From Octopus sinensis (taxonomy: Eukaryota), in the NCBI RefSeq assembly GCF_006345805.1, contig NC_043020.1, positions 31,000,001 to 31,064,000 on the forward strand: a stretch of 64,000 nt of DNA, written 5' to 3'. Below, one piece after another: positions 63,310 to 64,000 of the stretch (position 1 is the first letter of the stretch; the number at the start of each line of letters is the position of its first letter). Made by a program: the position numbers and the translations under genes. The notes beneath the pieces are model-generated. The model saw nothing but the letters and a program-made list of their open reading frames with translations, had not been told where the DNA came from and did no database searches.

Positions 63310-64000
63310 TGTAAAGGGATGTTGTCAGTAAAGTAAGGGCTGGCAATGAGTATAGCGAAGAAATCCGGGTAGATGTAGGGGTTCACCAAGGATCAGCCCC
63401 CAGCCCCCTCCTATTCATCATAGTCCTCCAGACAATAACAGAGGAATTCAAGACAGGCTGCTCCTAGGATCTCCTCTCTGCTGATGACCTTGCTCTCATA
63501 GCAGAACCACTACCAGAACTAGAGAAGAAATTTCAGGTGTGGAAGTAAGGTTTAGAATTGAAGAGCCTTAGAGTCAATGTTGCAAAAAACAAAGTCCTAG
63601 TAAGGCAAACACATCACAAACCCCTTCAGGTAGACAGCCCTGCTCGATCTGTAGAAAAGGTGTAGGTAGAAACTCCTAAGATGTACCCAGTATAAGCTAT
63701 GGACACATAAGAAGTGCAACAACATCAAAGGAAGGTTAACTGGGAAGATAGCTTTTGTGTGTGGCAGATGCACAGGGGCAATAAACACCACAGATGCTCA
63801 GAAAACTGGCTGCATCACATGCCAGTGAGAGAAACTAGTAGTAGTTGATAGCTTCCACTACCTAGGTGACCAAGTCTGTAGTGGGTGGGGGGATGCTCAG
63901 AGAGCATTGCCACTAGAATAAGAATAGCCTGGACAAAGTTCAGAGAGCCCTTACCTCTACTGGTGACAAAGGGCCCCTTGCTCAGAGTGAAAGGTAGACT
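63310..64000 (+). mobile_element. RTE LINE RT fragment, runs off the window end
   Basis: VGVHQGSAPSPLLFIIVL, LLSADDL, RIRIAWTKF; same family as 45150. Confidence 0.85.

Overview
AT-rich eukaryotic DNA dense in microsatellites and transposons. Its SINE/RTE repertoire looks like an Octopus (coleoid cephalopod) genome; this is inferred from recalled repeat families, not from a database search. Two host genes lie tail-to-tail. (1) A + strand gene with a ~4.45-kb coding exon (acceptor 32910, ATG 32930, donor/stop 37363-37366) encodes a disordered protein with an N-myristoylation-like start, a KKRxAPxPP motif, 22 prolines and a WH2-like helix. (2) The last five coding exons of CFAP96 (C4orf47) lie on the - strand (60532 to 43661); all splice phases were checked by hand and are absent from the ORF track as a gene. 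The rest is mobile DNA: CR1/L2-group, RTE, BovB-like and R4/Dong-like LINEs, tRNA-derived SINEs, an Hsmar1-like mariner, a Tc1 deletion derivative, Helitrons, and a Naiad-type Penelope-like element (PLE) with direct and inverted pLTR copies. The main hidden signal is seven minimal type-I hammerhead ribozyme motifs of five unrelated sequence families. Their stem III is palindromic (dimer-type) or a decayed palindrome, and they sit in the PLE pLTRs and in short non-coding PLE-like relics. One (26648-26729) has a fully canonical core. Most short ORFs in the track are microsatellite artefacts.
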